A stretch of DNA of 64,000 nucleotides, from positions 1,984,001 to 2,048,000 of the forward strand of contig NC_000964.3 in the NCBI RefSeq assembly GCF_000009045.1. The letters run 5' to 3'. The number at the start of each line of letters is the position of its first letter. Position 1 is the first letter of the stretch. Shown in pieces: positions 1 to 12,200 of the stretch. The notes under the pieces are model-generated. The model was not told the DNA's origin, made no database searches, and saw only the letters and a list, made by a program, of their open reading frames with translations. The position numbers were made by a program, and so were the translations under genes. Origin of the DNA: Bacillus subtilis subsp. subtilis str. 168 (GTDB lineage Bacteria > Bacillota > Bacilli > Bacillales > Bacillaceae).

Positions 1-3000
1 TGGCGCGTACGTCTTTTCGAACCCGGGCGGACAGTTCACCAAGAGTCTGATGTTCAAACATCTCACGTACTGTCGTTTCAAATCCGCGCTGCTTCAGTCT
101 GGCACAAACCTGCAGCGCTTTAATAGAGTCTCCGCCAAGCTTAAAGAAATTGGCGCTTACACCCAGCTCATCTACATTAAGAAGCTCTTCCCAAATTTCA
201 GCCATCACCGTTTCAATCTCATTTCTAGGACTGATATCATCAGCTGTATAAGCTTGTTTTTCAGGCTCTGGCAGGGCTTTCTGATCGAGCTTTCCATTAA
301 CAGTCACCGGGATGCTGTCAATTTGTATCATACGGGCAGGCAGCATAAAGTCAGGCAAGGCGTTTTTTAGGTAAGTTCGGATGTCTGATATATTCGCAGC
401 CTGTTGATCTTTTATCACCATATATGCATATATAGCTGTTTGCCCTTGCTCGTCTGCTCTGGTAATGACAGCCGCCTCTTTAATCATTGGATACTGAAGA
501 AGTGCCGCTTGGATTTCGCCTAACTCAATACGGTGCCCTCTGACTTTCACCTGCTCATCAATGCGGCCTAAGTATTCCAGCTCGCCATTTGACAGGCGCT
601 TAGCAAGATCTCCTGTTCGGTATAATCTGTCTCCCGGAAGATAAGGATTGGATACAAAACGGTCAGCGGTCAGCTCATCTCTGTTGAGATATCCCCGTGC
701 CACACCTTCGCCGCCTATATACAGCTCCCCTGGAACTCCGGTCGGCTGCAGGTTCATATGGGCATCCATCACATGAGCCTGCAGAGTAGAAAGAGGCCGG
801 CCGATATTGCTTTTATTTTTTGCAATGTCTGCTGCGGACAATTTTTTGAATGTTACATGGACCGTTGTTTCTGTAATACCGTACATATTAATCAAATCAG
901 TATGAGGATATTTTTCATTCCAGCTTTGAAGCAATCCGGGCTGTAAGGCTTCGCCGCCAAAAATCACATAGCGGATGTTTAAATGATCTGTATGATTTTG
1001 GTCTTCAAGCATCAAGCCGTAAAAAGCAGTCGGGGTCTGATTGAGTACAGTGACGCGCTCTTTTTTTAACAATAATCGGAATGCTTGGGGGTCACGGGCT
1101 GTTTCTTTAGAGACCACGACTAATGTACTTCCGTTCAATAACGCACCGAACATCTCCCATACAGAGAAATCAAAGCAATAAGAATGAAATAACGTCCAGA
1201 CGTCTTCATGGTTAAATTCAAAAGGCAGGTTTTGATGCTTCAAGAGACTGATCACATTGCGGTGCTCGACAATGACTCCCTTTGGCTGACCAGTCGTTCC
1301 AGATGTGTATATCACGTATGCGGGCTGATCCGTTACTATTTCTTCAATGTTTACATCAGCCGGAATTGAGTTGTTTTCACATTCATCGATATACAAAATA
1401 TGCCCGGTGTAGTCTGCAGGTTTGTTTAGACCGCGCTCTGTCAGCAGCAGTTTTGCTCCGCTGTCATTGAGCATAAAGCTAATACGCTCCTTGGGATATT
1501 CAGGATCAATCGGCAAATAGGCCCCGCCAGCTTTTAAAATCGATAAAACGCCAATGATCATATCAGGTGACCGATCGAGCATCAGACCGACGATATCGCC
1601 AGTTCTGACCCCTTGTTTGATCAGCATAGCAGCTGCCCGCTCGGCTTTTTCATTCAGGTCTCGATACGTAAGCTGAGAATGGCCGCACACCACTGCGATA
1701 TGCTCCGGATACTGAGCTACTTGCTTTTCAAATAAGCTTACTATGTTTTCATTTCTCGGATAAGCTGCATACTGCCCCATTTTTTCAAGGAGTAACCTAC
1801 GCTCTGCAGCAGGAAGCAATTGCATGTTCGAAATTCTCATCTCAGTATCCGCCGTTACCCCTTTTACCAATTCAATAAAATAGGATGCCCACTGCGTAAT
1901 GGTTTCTTCTTCAAAAAGAGCAGTGCTGTATTCAAAACGGCAGCGTATTCCACTCAGATGCTCCTCAGCATGTAATGTTAAATCGAATTTAGATATATCA
2001 TGTTTAGGAGTGACAGACGAAATCGACAGACCAGGCACTTCGAACCGGAAATCTTCACTGCTTTGAAGCACAAGCATCGCATCGAACAGCGGGTTGCGAT
2101 TTACCTCTCGATTTGTATCGAGCTTATCTGCCAGCTCCTCAAAAGGATAATCCTGATGCTCGTAAGCGGTCAGAGCCAGGTGGCGAATGTCATGCAAATA
2201 GGAGCTGAACGTTTTGTGGCCCTCGGGCTTGCTGCGCATCGCCAATGTATTGACGAACATTCCGATGACGCGCTCCAGATCAGCGTGCGGTCTTCCGGCA
2301 GCAGGCGAACCGACAACAATATCCTCTTGCCCGCTTAGCTTAGATAACAAAATAGAATAGACAGCCAGAAGAATCATATACAATGTTGTTCCCGTTTCAG
2401 CCATTAAACGGTGCAGTTCATCAGCCATGTCTTTATCAATGTTGACTTCAATTGTTCCACCCCTGAAATCAGGGAGACGCGGCCTTGTTTTATCAAGCGG
2501 TAATTCTAGTGTAGGAAGACTCCCGCCAAGCTGACCGAGCCAGTAGGCCTCCTGTTTTTTGTATAGCTCTTTCGGGTGCTTCTCTTGCTGCCAAACAGCA
2601 AAATCCTTATAATGCAGGTTTAAAGCTGGCAACTCTTTTCCGCAATATAAGTCAGTAAATTCTTGGACAAGAGTGCTCATCGAGACACCGTCGGCAATAA
2701 TATGGTGCATATCGAGCAGCAAAAAGCCGCGATTATTGCCCATTGTAATGACACATGCTCTAAAAAGCGGACCGGATGATAGATAAAACGGTTTGATAAA
2801 GGTCTCGATTGCAGACTCAAGCATTTGTTCTGATTCCATTTCAAGCTCTTTTAGATCAAAAGCCATCTCTGGATAAATGATCTGCACAGGCTCGTCTCTG
2901 TCAAGCACAAAAACAGTCCGTAATGCTTCATGCCGATTCACAAGTTCTGTGAGAACGCTTCTCAACCGCTGGCGATTCAGATTTCCGCGTAATTCAAGTA

Positions 3001-6000
3001 CAGCTGGCATGTTGTAGCCTGTGCTGTCATCTGCCAGCTGATGAAGAGCATATAATCGTTTTTGCGAGAAAGACAGCGGATAGACATCTCTTTGATCCGC
3101 AGGTTCAATCTGTGTAAAAGCGTGTTCTTTTAAGCTCATCAATTTGACCGCCATGCTTTCAACCGTCGGATAAGAAAACACCTCACTGAGCGGCAGCTCG
3201 ACATTAAGCTTTTTATGTATTCTTGATACCAGTGCGGCCGCTTTTAAGGACTGTCCGCCTAACTGAAAGAAATCATCACGAATGCCGATGTGCTGTTTAT
3301 TCAGCACATCTTCCCAAATATGTGCGAGATCAGCTTCGATTAAGGTTCGGGGCGCCATATATGTGACACTCGTATTGTTTTCTGGTTCAGGAAGCGCAAA
3401 CCTGTCAAGCTTGCCGCTGGATGTTAATGGCATCTGGCTGATGTTGATAATACTTGCTGGGATCATATAGGACGGCAATGTCCCGGCAAGATGCTGATAC
3501 AAATCTGGGAGGCTGTTTCCCTTTTCCGGAACGATATAAGCAACGAGCTCCTTTTCCTCAGCAGAAACATCACGGGCCAGTACCGCTGCTTCTTTTACCC
3601 CCGGTGCTTGTCGAAGAACTGTTTCAATCTCTCTCAGTTCAATACGATAACCCCTAATTTTCACTTGATCATCAAAACGTCCAATATATTCAATCGTTCC
3701 ATCAGGCAAAAAGCGGCCTGCATCACCTGTTCGGTATAAACGCTCCCCTTCAAGGAATGGATGATCGGAGAATGCTTTCTGTGTCAGCTCTTGCTGTTTG
3801 TAGTATCCTCTCGCAAGACCCGCGCCGGAAATACACAGTTCACCCGCCGCGCCGATCGGCTGCATTTGATTTCCGTGCAAAACAAATACTTTTGTGTTTC
3901 TGATCGGGTGTCCGATCGTGATCCTCTCTTTTTTATTCAGATGCCGCAATATTGTTGTTGCCACACTGTTTTCTGTGGGCCCGTATTCATTTGCCAGTTC
4001 AGCAGAAGGACAAATTATTTGATTCAACTCAAGCAGATCAGGCGTGACCGCTTCACCCGCAAATGTCACAATACGAAGACTTTTTGCATCGTCAGCAGTC
4101 ATCACTTCCAATAACACCCTGTACAGGGAAGGAACAATGATCATGTGGCTGACCTTATAACGGGCTATTTTTCGCTTAAGGGCCAGCACATCCTTCGCTT
4201 CGTCATCTGTTGTCAGCAGTACGCACGCACCAGATAAAAGCGGGGTAAATAAGCTCGTTACACAGCCGTCAAACACGTACGAAAACAAATGGAGGGATAT
4301 ATCCTGTTCGGTCATGCTATACTCTTCCCGTCTCCATTGCAATGTATTGGCAATACCGTGATGATCAACTAAAACCCCTTTAGGGCGCCCCGTCGTTCCC
4401 GACGTATAGATCAAGTAGGCTAGATCACCTGGCGGCATATTTGGCGCTTCTGTTTGGTAACTTTCTGTATGTTCTATCGTTATCGTATTTCCTTCATAGG
4501 ACGGAGGGATCAAGGAAATAAGGTCTTCTTCTATCAGCAATTGAGCCGCTTGACTGTCCTTCAGAAGAAAAGAAAGACGTTCTGCTGGAAAATGTGGATC
4601 AAGCGGCATATAAGCGCCGCCTGCTTTCCAAATCCCAAGCAGAGCTGCAGGCATTTCCATTGACCGGCCCATCATTACAGCAACGATATCCCCAGATCCA
4701 ACGCCTTTTTCTATCAGGGCGTGCGCAATCTGATTGGCTCTTACTTGTAACTGGCGATAGGTCCAGCACTCGTTTCCCATTTTCAATGCAGCAGCTTCAG
4801 GTGTTTTGTGAGCTTGTTCCTCAAACAATTGGGGTATCGTTTTGTTCACATAAGGACGCTCAGTTTCGTTAAACAATTGGATAACCTGTTGCTCCTCCGG
4901 CGGCACGATATTGATGTCACTGACGGCAACATCGGGATTTGTCAAAATGCAATCCAGTGCTTGCTTTAGATGCCCCTGAATCCTCAGCATCTCCTCCCGC
5001 TCGTAAACGTCTGCGTTGTAGCTGAATTTGATATAAAATGATTCTCCCGGAACGATAACGATATTAAAGTCGTAATTGGTTTGTTCCGACATTGAAATGT
5101 CACTCAGCTTCAGAGCGCCTTCGTCATTTTCACTCTCCACGCTTAATGCCTGATGAAGCTGTACAGGGTAATTTTCAAAAACAAAAATATGATCGATCAA
5201 CCCTTGCTTCAATGGACTATGGTTTTGAATCTCATAAAGCGGATAATACCCATGCTGTTCAGATGATAAAATATCCTCCTGCACGGCTTTGACCAGCGAA
5301 GAAAATGTTATGCCTTCCGCAGATCGGATTCGCACTGGAACAGTATTGATAAACAAACCGACCATTGATTCAATCCCGTCAATCGCTGACGGGCGTCCCG
5401 AAATGACGGAGCCAAAAACGGCATCATCTGCAGCATTATATCGATGGAGCAGCACGCCCCAAATACTCATAAACAGCGTGTTTAATGTCACTCCCCAGTT
5501 TTGGGCAGCCTCTGTCAGTTTCTCAACCATATCCGGCGCTAATGAAAAGCTGACCTGGTCGGCTTTATAATTCCCGTCTGCCGTGCGGCGCTTTATTCGG
5601 GGAATAGAAGCAGTATTGCCGTACTCCTTCAAATATTCGCTCCAGTAGGCAGCAGTCTCTTCTTGATCTTGTTCTCCGAGCCATTCAATATAACGGCTGT
5701 ACGGCACCGTGCTGCCAAGCTGTACAGGTGAGTTATTTTTGAGCGAATCATACATGCTGAAAAACTCTTTAAGAATAATGCCGAGACACCACCCATCCAT
5801 GATGATATGGTGATGTGTCCAGACACATGTATATTGGCTGTCTCCTCTATCAAAAAGGGCAAGACGCATTAAAGGATCTTTTTGCAAATCAAATCCTTTT
5901 TCCCGATCCTTAGTCATAAAAGCATCAATCAGCGTCTGCTGTTCTTGATCAGCCAGGCGAGAAATATCTTCTCTATATACTGTCAATTCACGGTTTGATA

Positions 6001-6247
6001 GAACTACCTGCTGCGGACCTGTAAGATCTGGTACTTCTTTAATGAAAATCGTTCTGAAAATATCATATCTAGAAACAAGAAGGTTTAAGCTCTTTTGAAA
6101 CGAGTCGACGCATAGATTCCCTGTGATCGTAAACGAGGTCTGTTCGATATATGCTTTCGAGCTGAAATCCATTAGTGAATGAAACAGCATTCCTTCCTGC
6201 ATGTGCGATAACGGATAAATATCTTGAATTTGTGCCGATTGTGCCAT
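1..6247 (-). CDS. ppsB: Plipastatin/fengycin synthetase B (NRPS; C-A-T-C-A-T, E domain beyond window), 3'-truncated at window edge
   Basis: Manual translation from ATG at 6247: MAQSAQIQDIYPLSHMQEGMLFH, HHIIMDG, YTSGTTGRPKG, GGQSL; second A domain has FDFSVWEMFG (Thr-type). Frame at both ends is consistent (ends ...RVRKDVRA at position 2). Missing from the ORF track because there is no stop in the window. Confidence 0.96.
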   Translation of the reverse strand, partial: MAQSAQIQDIYPLSHMQEGMLFHSLMDFSSKAYIEQTSFTITGNLCVDSFQKSLNLLVSRYDIFRTIFIKEVPDLTGPQQVVLSNRELTVYREDISRLADQEQQTLIDAFMTKDREKGFDLQKDPLMRLALFDRGDSQYTCVWTHHHIIMDGWCLGIILKEFFSMYDSLKNNSPVQLGSTVPYSRYIEWLGEQDQEETAAYWSEYLKEYGNTASIPRIKRRTADGNYKADQVSFSLAPDMVEKLTEAAQNWGVTLNTLFMSIWGVLLHRYNAADDAVFGSVISGRPSAIDGIESMVGLFINTVPVRIRSAEGITFSSLVKAVQEDILSSEQHGYYPLYEIQNHSPLKQGLIDHIFVFENYPVQLHQALSVESENDEGALKLSDISMSEQTNYDFNIVIVPGESFYIKFSYNADVYEREEMLRIQGHLKQALDCILTNPDVAVSDINIVPPEEQQVIQLFNETERPYVNKTIPQLFEEQAHKTPEAAALKMGNECWTYRQLQVRANQIAHALIEKGVGSGDIVAVMMGRSMEMPAALLGIWKAGGAYMPLDPHFPAERLSFLLKDSQAAQLLIEEDLISLIPPSYEGNTITIEHTESYQTEAPNMPPGDLAYLIYTSGTTGRPKGVLVDHHGIANTLQWRREEYSMTEQDISLHLFSYVFDGCVTSLFTPLLSGACVLLTTDDEAKDVLALKRKIARYKVSHMIIVPSLYRVLLEVMTADDAKSLRIVTFAGEAVTPDLLELNQIICPSAELANEYGPTENSVATTILRHLNKKERITIGHPIRNTKVFVLHGNQMQPIGAAGELCISGAGLARGYYKQQELTQKAFSDHPFLEGERLYRTGDAGRFLPDGTIEYIGRFDDQVKIRGYRIELREIETVLRQAPGVKEAAVLARDVSAEEKELVAYIVPEKGNSLPDLYQHLAGTLPSYMIPASIINISQMPLTSSGKLDRFALPEPENNTSVTYMAPRTLIEADLAHIWEDVLNKQHIGIRDDFFQLGGQSLKAAALVSRIHKKLNVELPLSEVFSYPTVESMAVKLMSLKEHAFTQIEPADQRDVYPLSFSQKRLYALHQLADDSTGYNMPAVLELRGNLNRQRLRSVLTELVNRHEALRTVFVLDRDEPVQIIYPEMAFDLKELEMESEQMLESAIETFIKPFYLSSGPLFRACVITMGNNRGFLLLDMHHIIADGVSMSTLVQEFTDLYCGKELPALNLHYKDFAVWQQEKHPKELYKKQEAYWLGQLGGSLPTLELPLDKTRPRLPDFRGGTIEVNIDKDMADELHRLMAETGTTLYMILLAVYSILLSKLSGQEDIVVGSPAAGRPHADLERVIGMFVNTLAMRSKPEGHKTFSSYLHDIRHLALTAYEHQDYPFEELADKLDTNREVNRNPLFDAMLVLQSSEDFRFEVPGLSISSVTPKHDISKFDLTLHAEEHLSGIRCRFEYSTALFEEETITQWASYFIELVKGVTADTEMRISNMQLLPAAERRLLLEKMGQYAAYPRNENIVSLFEKQVAQYPEHIAVVCGHSQLTYRDLNEKAERAAAMLIKQGVRTGDIVGLMLDRSPDMIIGVLSILKAGGAYLPIDPEYPKERISFMLNDSGAKLLLTERGLNKPADYTGHILYIDECENNSIPADVNIEEIVTDQPAYVIYTSGTTGQPKGVIVEHRNVISLLKHQNLPFEFNHEDVWTLFHSYCFDFSVWEMFGALLNGSTLVVVSKETARDPQAFRLLLKKERVTVLNQTPTAFYGLMLEDQNHTDHLNIRYVIFGGEALQPGLLQSWNEKYPHTDLINMYGITETTVHVTFKKLSAADIAKNKSNIGRPLSTLQAHVMDAHMNLQPTGVPGELYIGGEGVARGYLNRDELTADRFVSNPYLPGDRLYRTGDLAKRLSNGELEYLGRIDEQVKVRGHRIELGEIQAALLQYPMIKEAAVITRADEQGQTAIYAYMVIKDQQAANISDIRTYLKNALPDFMLPARMIQIDSIPVTVNGKLDQKALPEPEKQAYTADDISPRNEIETVMAEIWEELLNVDELGVSANFFKLGGDSIKALQVCARLKQRGFETTVREMFEHQTLGELSARVRKDVRA

Positions 6248-6271
6248 CAATTCCACACACCTTTTCAAAAG

Positions 6272-9200
6272 TTAAAGATCTTTCACGAGATCTTCGATGC
6301 TAGATAATGCAGACAACGTTAATTCTTTATTGCTGAAATCGCTCAATGTTTTTTCGCGTGCTTTTTTCTGCGAACAATGCTCAATCGTCTCGATAAGATG
6401 CCTGTGAAAACGATCCATAAAGCACTCAATTGAGTGTTTGCTGAACACTTGGGTGTATACCGCTTTTACGTGAAGCCGTCCGTCCGTAATGAGAGCATTG
6501 ATGTCCAGCTCATACTCTCGTTCTCTCTCACCCGCTATTTCGTAACGGGGCTGGTAATATGATAATTGAAACGTTTCAACTTCCTTCTCTTCGCTAAATT
6601 GACCGAGATAATTAAAGCTGACCTCAGGCTCTTTATGCCGCAGTTCTCCTATGTGTGTTAACAATCCGTATCCAGTTCCTTTGTTCGGTACTCTTCTCAG
6701 CATATCTTTTGTCGTCTTAATTCGGTATGCGAGCTGATCCTCGAAAGGCTCGGGAATACCCATGTCTAGCAGAATAGGATAAATGGAGGTAAACCATCCA
6801 ACTGTCCTTGAAATATCAATGTTTGGCACATGCCCTTCTCTACCGTGTCCCTCAGTGCTGATCACGATTTGGTCATGCCCAGTCCATTCAGAAAGCGCCA
6901 TTCCTAAAGCCGTAAGCAAAAGTTCGTTGGCATCAGTACCATAGGCTTGCTGGGTTTCAAACAGCAATTTTTCAGTCCAGTCCCCGGATAGTACAAACGC
7001 TGCTGCGTCGCTGTTCATTTGGAGTTTGTCTGGCACATTTTCTATGTCCTTAGGAAGAAAAGCAGTGTGAGCGTCTAAAATCGTTTGCCAATACGTTTTC
7101 TCTGAAAGCAATTGTTTACTTTCAGCTATTTGGGTAAGACCATCGGCGTAGGATAAATAAGAATCCGTTTTTGGCGGTAATTGGATTTCTTTCTTTTCTA
7201 AAGCCTGTTGATATGCTGCAGCTAAATCCTCAAGCAGAATTCTCCAAGAAACGCCATCTATCACAAGATGATGAAGTGCAATCAGCAAATGATCCCCTTC
7301 TGCCGTTTTAAACAAACCTGCTTGCAGTAAGGGCCCTTTTTCTACATTCATTTTGCTTTGAATGACGGTTTCCTCAGCGGCAAGTTTTTCATCAAGATGA
7401 GCCCTTTCCAGCGATGCTTTTGTCCAATCTGAAATATAAAGGCCAAACAGTTCATGATCCTTGTGATTGATTCCGCGATTAAACTGAATGACATGGCCGT
7501 TTTGGTCACGTTGGAAAATCATGCGAATGGCATCATGATGCTCGGTTATTTTACGCAGCGCTAGATGAAGCGCGTTAGCATTGAATCCTTTTTCACTGAA
7601 AAGCATGACGGACTGGTTGTAATGATAGTGAAAAGCATGTACCTGTCCGAAAAATCTTCGCTGAATCGGGGTGAGTTCAGCTTCACCTTCCGCAGGTCCC
7701 TGGTCCGCTTGAGATGCCAATGGTGTGATATGTCCGCATAGTTCCTGAATCGTTGAATAACGGAATAAGTCGCGTATTGTCATGCTCCAGCCTTCAGCTG
7801 CCAGACGTGCTGCCACTTGTAATGCTTTAATTGAGTCTCCGCCAAGCTCAAAAAAGGAATCGTGAATGCCGACTCGTGACATGCTCAGTACATCTTCCCA
7901 TATATACGCCATCGTTTTTTGTAAGTCGTTAACTGGTGCGGTATATGGACGCGATAACACATTATTTGGAGCCGGCAAGGCATTTCTGTCCAGCTTTCCG
8001 TTTAGGGTCAGCGGCATGTTTACTAAAGGAATCAGATATGCAGGAATCATATACGCTGGCAGTTCCTTTGTTAAAGCAGCACGGAGAGCATTCGTATTGA
8101 CGTCTGAAGGCACAATATATGCTGCCAAACCAGCCTGTCCATTTTTATCATGCTGAACGGCAACAGCAGCTTCTCTGACAAGCCCCGTTTGAAGCAGAAC
8201 ACTTTCAATTTCTTCTGTTTCAATTCTGTATCCATTTATCTTTACTTGATAATCCATTCGGCCAAGAAGCCGGATCGTTCCGTTTGGAAGCCAGCATGCT
8301 CGATCACCGGTTCTGTACAGCCTTTCTCCAGAGACAAATGGATTTTCTGTAAATTTCATTTGCGTTAAGTCAGGTTTATGATGATAGCCTTTCGCAACAC
8401 CTGCCCCGCCGATGCACAGCTCGCCGGCAACACCGATCGGCTGAATTTGATCAGTCTGGCTGAGTACGTACATGTGTACATTCGGCAGCGGGCTGCCGAT
8501 TGGTACGTTATCTCCCGTACACTCTCCACCCATACTGGTTTCATAGAAACTCGAATCAATGGTTGCCTCTGTGACACCATAGCTATTAATGATGCGCATG
8601 CTTTGGCCAAAGCGATCTGTCAATGTTTTGAAATCTTGAGCTTTCACCATGTCGGAACCAAGAATCAGTATGTCTAAGTCAGGAAGCTTGAACTGGTTAC
8701 GGTATACATACTCCATCACCGGGATAATGAGAGCCGGTGTCGACTCCATCACCGTGATTCTCTGAGATTTAATGATTTTATATATTTCAGCAGGTTCCAG
8801 CCGTGTTTCATCTGGGCAAACGATTAGAGTCCCGCCGTTGGTCAATGTTCTCGCCAAATCTCCTGAGAAGACATCGAATGAAAAGCTCGCGATTTGAAGC
8901 AGTCTGACAGGCTTCCGATCCAGTTCATAAATTTGACGCCAAGCAAGAGCAGCATGAGTAAAGTTCTGATAGGTGACAATAACACCTTTAGGCGCACCCG
9001 TCGTTCCTGACGTATAAATGATATATACCGGCTCTTCAGGAGCAGGAGATAAGTTAAGGTTGCAGTTACTTTCTTCAAAAGAGCCCTCATCGTCAAGGAA
9101 GATGTGAGACATCTCAGATTCAGGCGAGTTCGAAATCAAATGCTTCAACTCTCTCTGTAAAAGAAGAATATCTGCCCCGCTATCACGAAGAATGTATTCA

Positions 9201-12200
9201 ATACGAGCTTTTGGATAATGTGCATCGATTGGGATATACACTCCGCCAGCTTTCATCACTGCCAGAACTCCAACAATTGCATCGATGGACCGCTTGGCTA
9301 AAACAGCCACAGTTGGCTTCGGTCCTTTTCTGTTTTGCAATGTTCGTGCCAGACGATTGGCTCTTTCATTTAGAAGGCGATAGCTAATCTCTGTTTCGTT
9401 ATCAATAACAGCTATATGTTCTGGATTTTCTTCAGCTTTCGCTTCAAATATGCGATGAAAAGGAATATCTTTTTGAGCAAATTCAACTTGAGTTTTGTTA
9501 AATTCAAAGACTATTTTTTGTTTTTCTTTATCACTAAGTATGTTTATTTGTGCAAGGCTTGTTTCAGGAGTTGAAAGTGCCTCATGCAGAAATTCGATAA
9601 AATGATCAGCCCAGCGTTCAATCGTAGCTTTCAGGAATACTTCTGTACTAAATTCCATTTCGCAGCAAATAGATCCACTTATTTCCGTAGCTATTAATGT
9701 GATATCAAATAAGGAAATGTGATGTGCGAAATTGGCAGGCCGGACTTTTATTTCTCTCAGATCTATGTCTTGTTTTTCCACATTTTGAAGGATAAACATC
9801 GCATCAAACACTGGGTTCCGGCTCATATCTCGTGTCAATTCAAGCTTATCGACAAGCTCTTCGAACGGGTAATCCTGGTGCTCAAAGGCTTCCAATGCTG
9901 TCTCACGCACTTCCTGCAAATACTGTACGAATGGCTTCCCGCCCTCCGGGCGCGTCCGAAGCGCCAGCGTGTTCACAAACATGCCGAGTATCGGCTCAAG
10001 ATCCTTGTGCGGCCGGCCGGCAATTGGCGAGCCGACGATGATATCTTCCTGTCCGCTTAAGCGTGACAAGAACGCGGTGTAAGCCGCAAGAAGCACCATG
10101 TACAGTGTGCTTCCGTTTTCACGTGCCAGCTTGTGAAGGCCTGATGCAACCTCTTGATCCAGCGTAAATGAGACCTTGTCACCCGCGAAGCTTCGCACCG
10201 GCGGGCGGGCATGATCAGCCGGAAGATCCAGCACAGGCAGCTCGCCCTCGAGCTGCTTCAGCCAGTACGCCTCTTGCGTTTTGTACGCGTCTCCTGTTTT
10301 GAATCCTTCTCGCCATACGGCATAATCTTTATATTGAATGCGCAGTGCCGGAAGATTCCGATTATTGTACAGCTCGCCGAATTCCCGAATCAGAATGTTG
10401 ACGGAAACACCGTCTGAAATGATGTGATGCATATCAACCAGCAACAGGTGCCGCTCATCTGATATCTTTACGATTTGGGCACGGAACAGCGGCGCTTGGC
10501 TGAGATCAAACGGTTTGATAAATGCGGCTGCGGCCTCCTGTTCGGTTCGTTCGCCGAGAACTGTAGTCTGTAACGTAAACGGCACCTCGTCATGGATGCG
10601 CTGCACCGGATCGCCTCCTGCGTCCTGTTCGAAGGAGGTCCGAAGCGACTCGTGGCGCTTGATCAGCTCTTTGAAAGCTCTCTCCATCCTTTCAGGGTTG
10701 AGCTTCCCTTCGAGCTCTAACACAGCCGGCATATTGTAGCCTGTCCCTCCGTCCTCCAGCTGCTGAAGGACATAAATCCGCTTTTGGGCAGAGGAAACCG
10801 GATAGGTTTCCTGTTTTTCAGCGGGCTTAATCGCTTCATATGGACTGTCCGTTCCTTCACGGATAACGGTAGCCAGTCCTTCTACTGTCGGATGGGCAAA
10901 CACATCTTTTAGCGGCACCTGTACATCGAATTCTTTGGCGATCCGTGAGACAAGCGCCGTTGCTTTTAAGGAATGTCCCCCGCGGTCAAAAAAGTTGTCG
11001 TGAATCCCGACAGGGCCATTTTTCAGCACGTCCTCCCACAGCTGAGAAAGCTTCATCTCAGTCACGTTTCTCGGCGCCGTGTAGGTCTCCGCATCTGCCG
11101 CTCCGCCAGGAGCTGGCAGGGCGTTTCGGTCGAGCTTTCCGCTTGGCGTAACCGGCCACTGTTCCATCTCTATCATATAGGCTGGGACCATGTAGCCCGG
11201 CAACAGTCTCTCAAGCTGTGCACGCACTTCGTTTCTTTGGAGCCCTTCTACATAAGCGCATAATTCCGGCTCCCCGCTGTCTGTCCGTACGGTAACAGCC
11301 GCCTCTCTTACGCCTTCTATGCTTCTTAGTGCCGCTTCAATTTCTCCCGGCTCAATCCGGTAGCCGCGGATTTTTACCTGATCATCCGTGCGCCCGAGGA
11401 ATTCAACATTCCCGTCAGGGAGCCAGCGCGCCACATCCCCGGTTTTGTACATGCGTTCCCCCGGGTAAAACGGGTCTTCAAGAAAACGCTCCTCCGTTAA
11501 TGCCGGCCGATTCAAATAACCTCTGGCAACACCCGCTCCGGCAATGTACAGTTCGCCGGCGACACCGGAAGGCTGTACGGCTAAATGCGGATCTAAAACA
11601 TACAAACGCGCACCAGGTACGGGCTTCCCAATCGGAATCCGCAAACGATCCCTGTCCCGTTCTGGATCCAATACGTAAAATGCCGCGTCTACCGTTGCTT
11701 CTGTCGGCCCGTAACCATGGATTAATGATACCTGCGGCAATACAGAAGCAAAACGGGCTGCCGTACGCGGCGCAAGCGGTTCACCTCCGGCGAATACACG
11801 CTTTAGGCTTGTCCTGTCACTCAGCCTTTCGATTTCCGCTTGATCGAGAAAGCTGTTCAGCATAGCCGGAATAAAATGAGCCGTTGTCACGTTTTCCTGA
11901 TGAATGGCTTGTACGATCAATGCGGAGTCTTTCTCCCAGCCGGGCGGAAGCAGATACGCCGAAGCACCGGAAAGCGACCACCAAAACAGCTGCCACACAG
12001 ACGCATCAAAGGAAAAAGAGGTTTTCACCATGACAATGTCATCTTCCGAAAGCGGAAACTGGTGCTGCATGCCGGTCAGAAAGGAAACAGCCTGACGGTG
12101 CTCAACGGCCACTCCTTTCGGCTGCCCGGTAGAGCCCGATGTATAGATGACATAGGCGAGAGATCCGCCGTCAGCAGGAGTAAACTCATGGTTTTCTGCT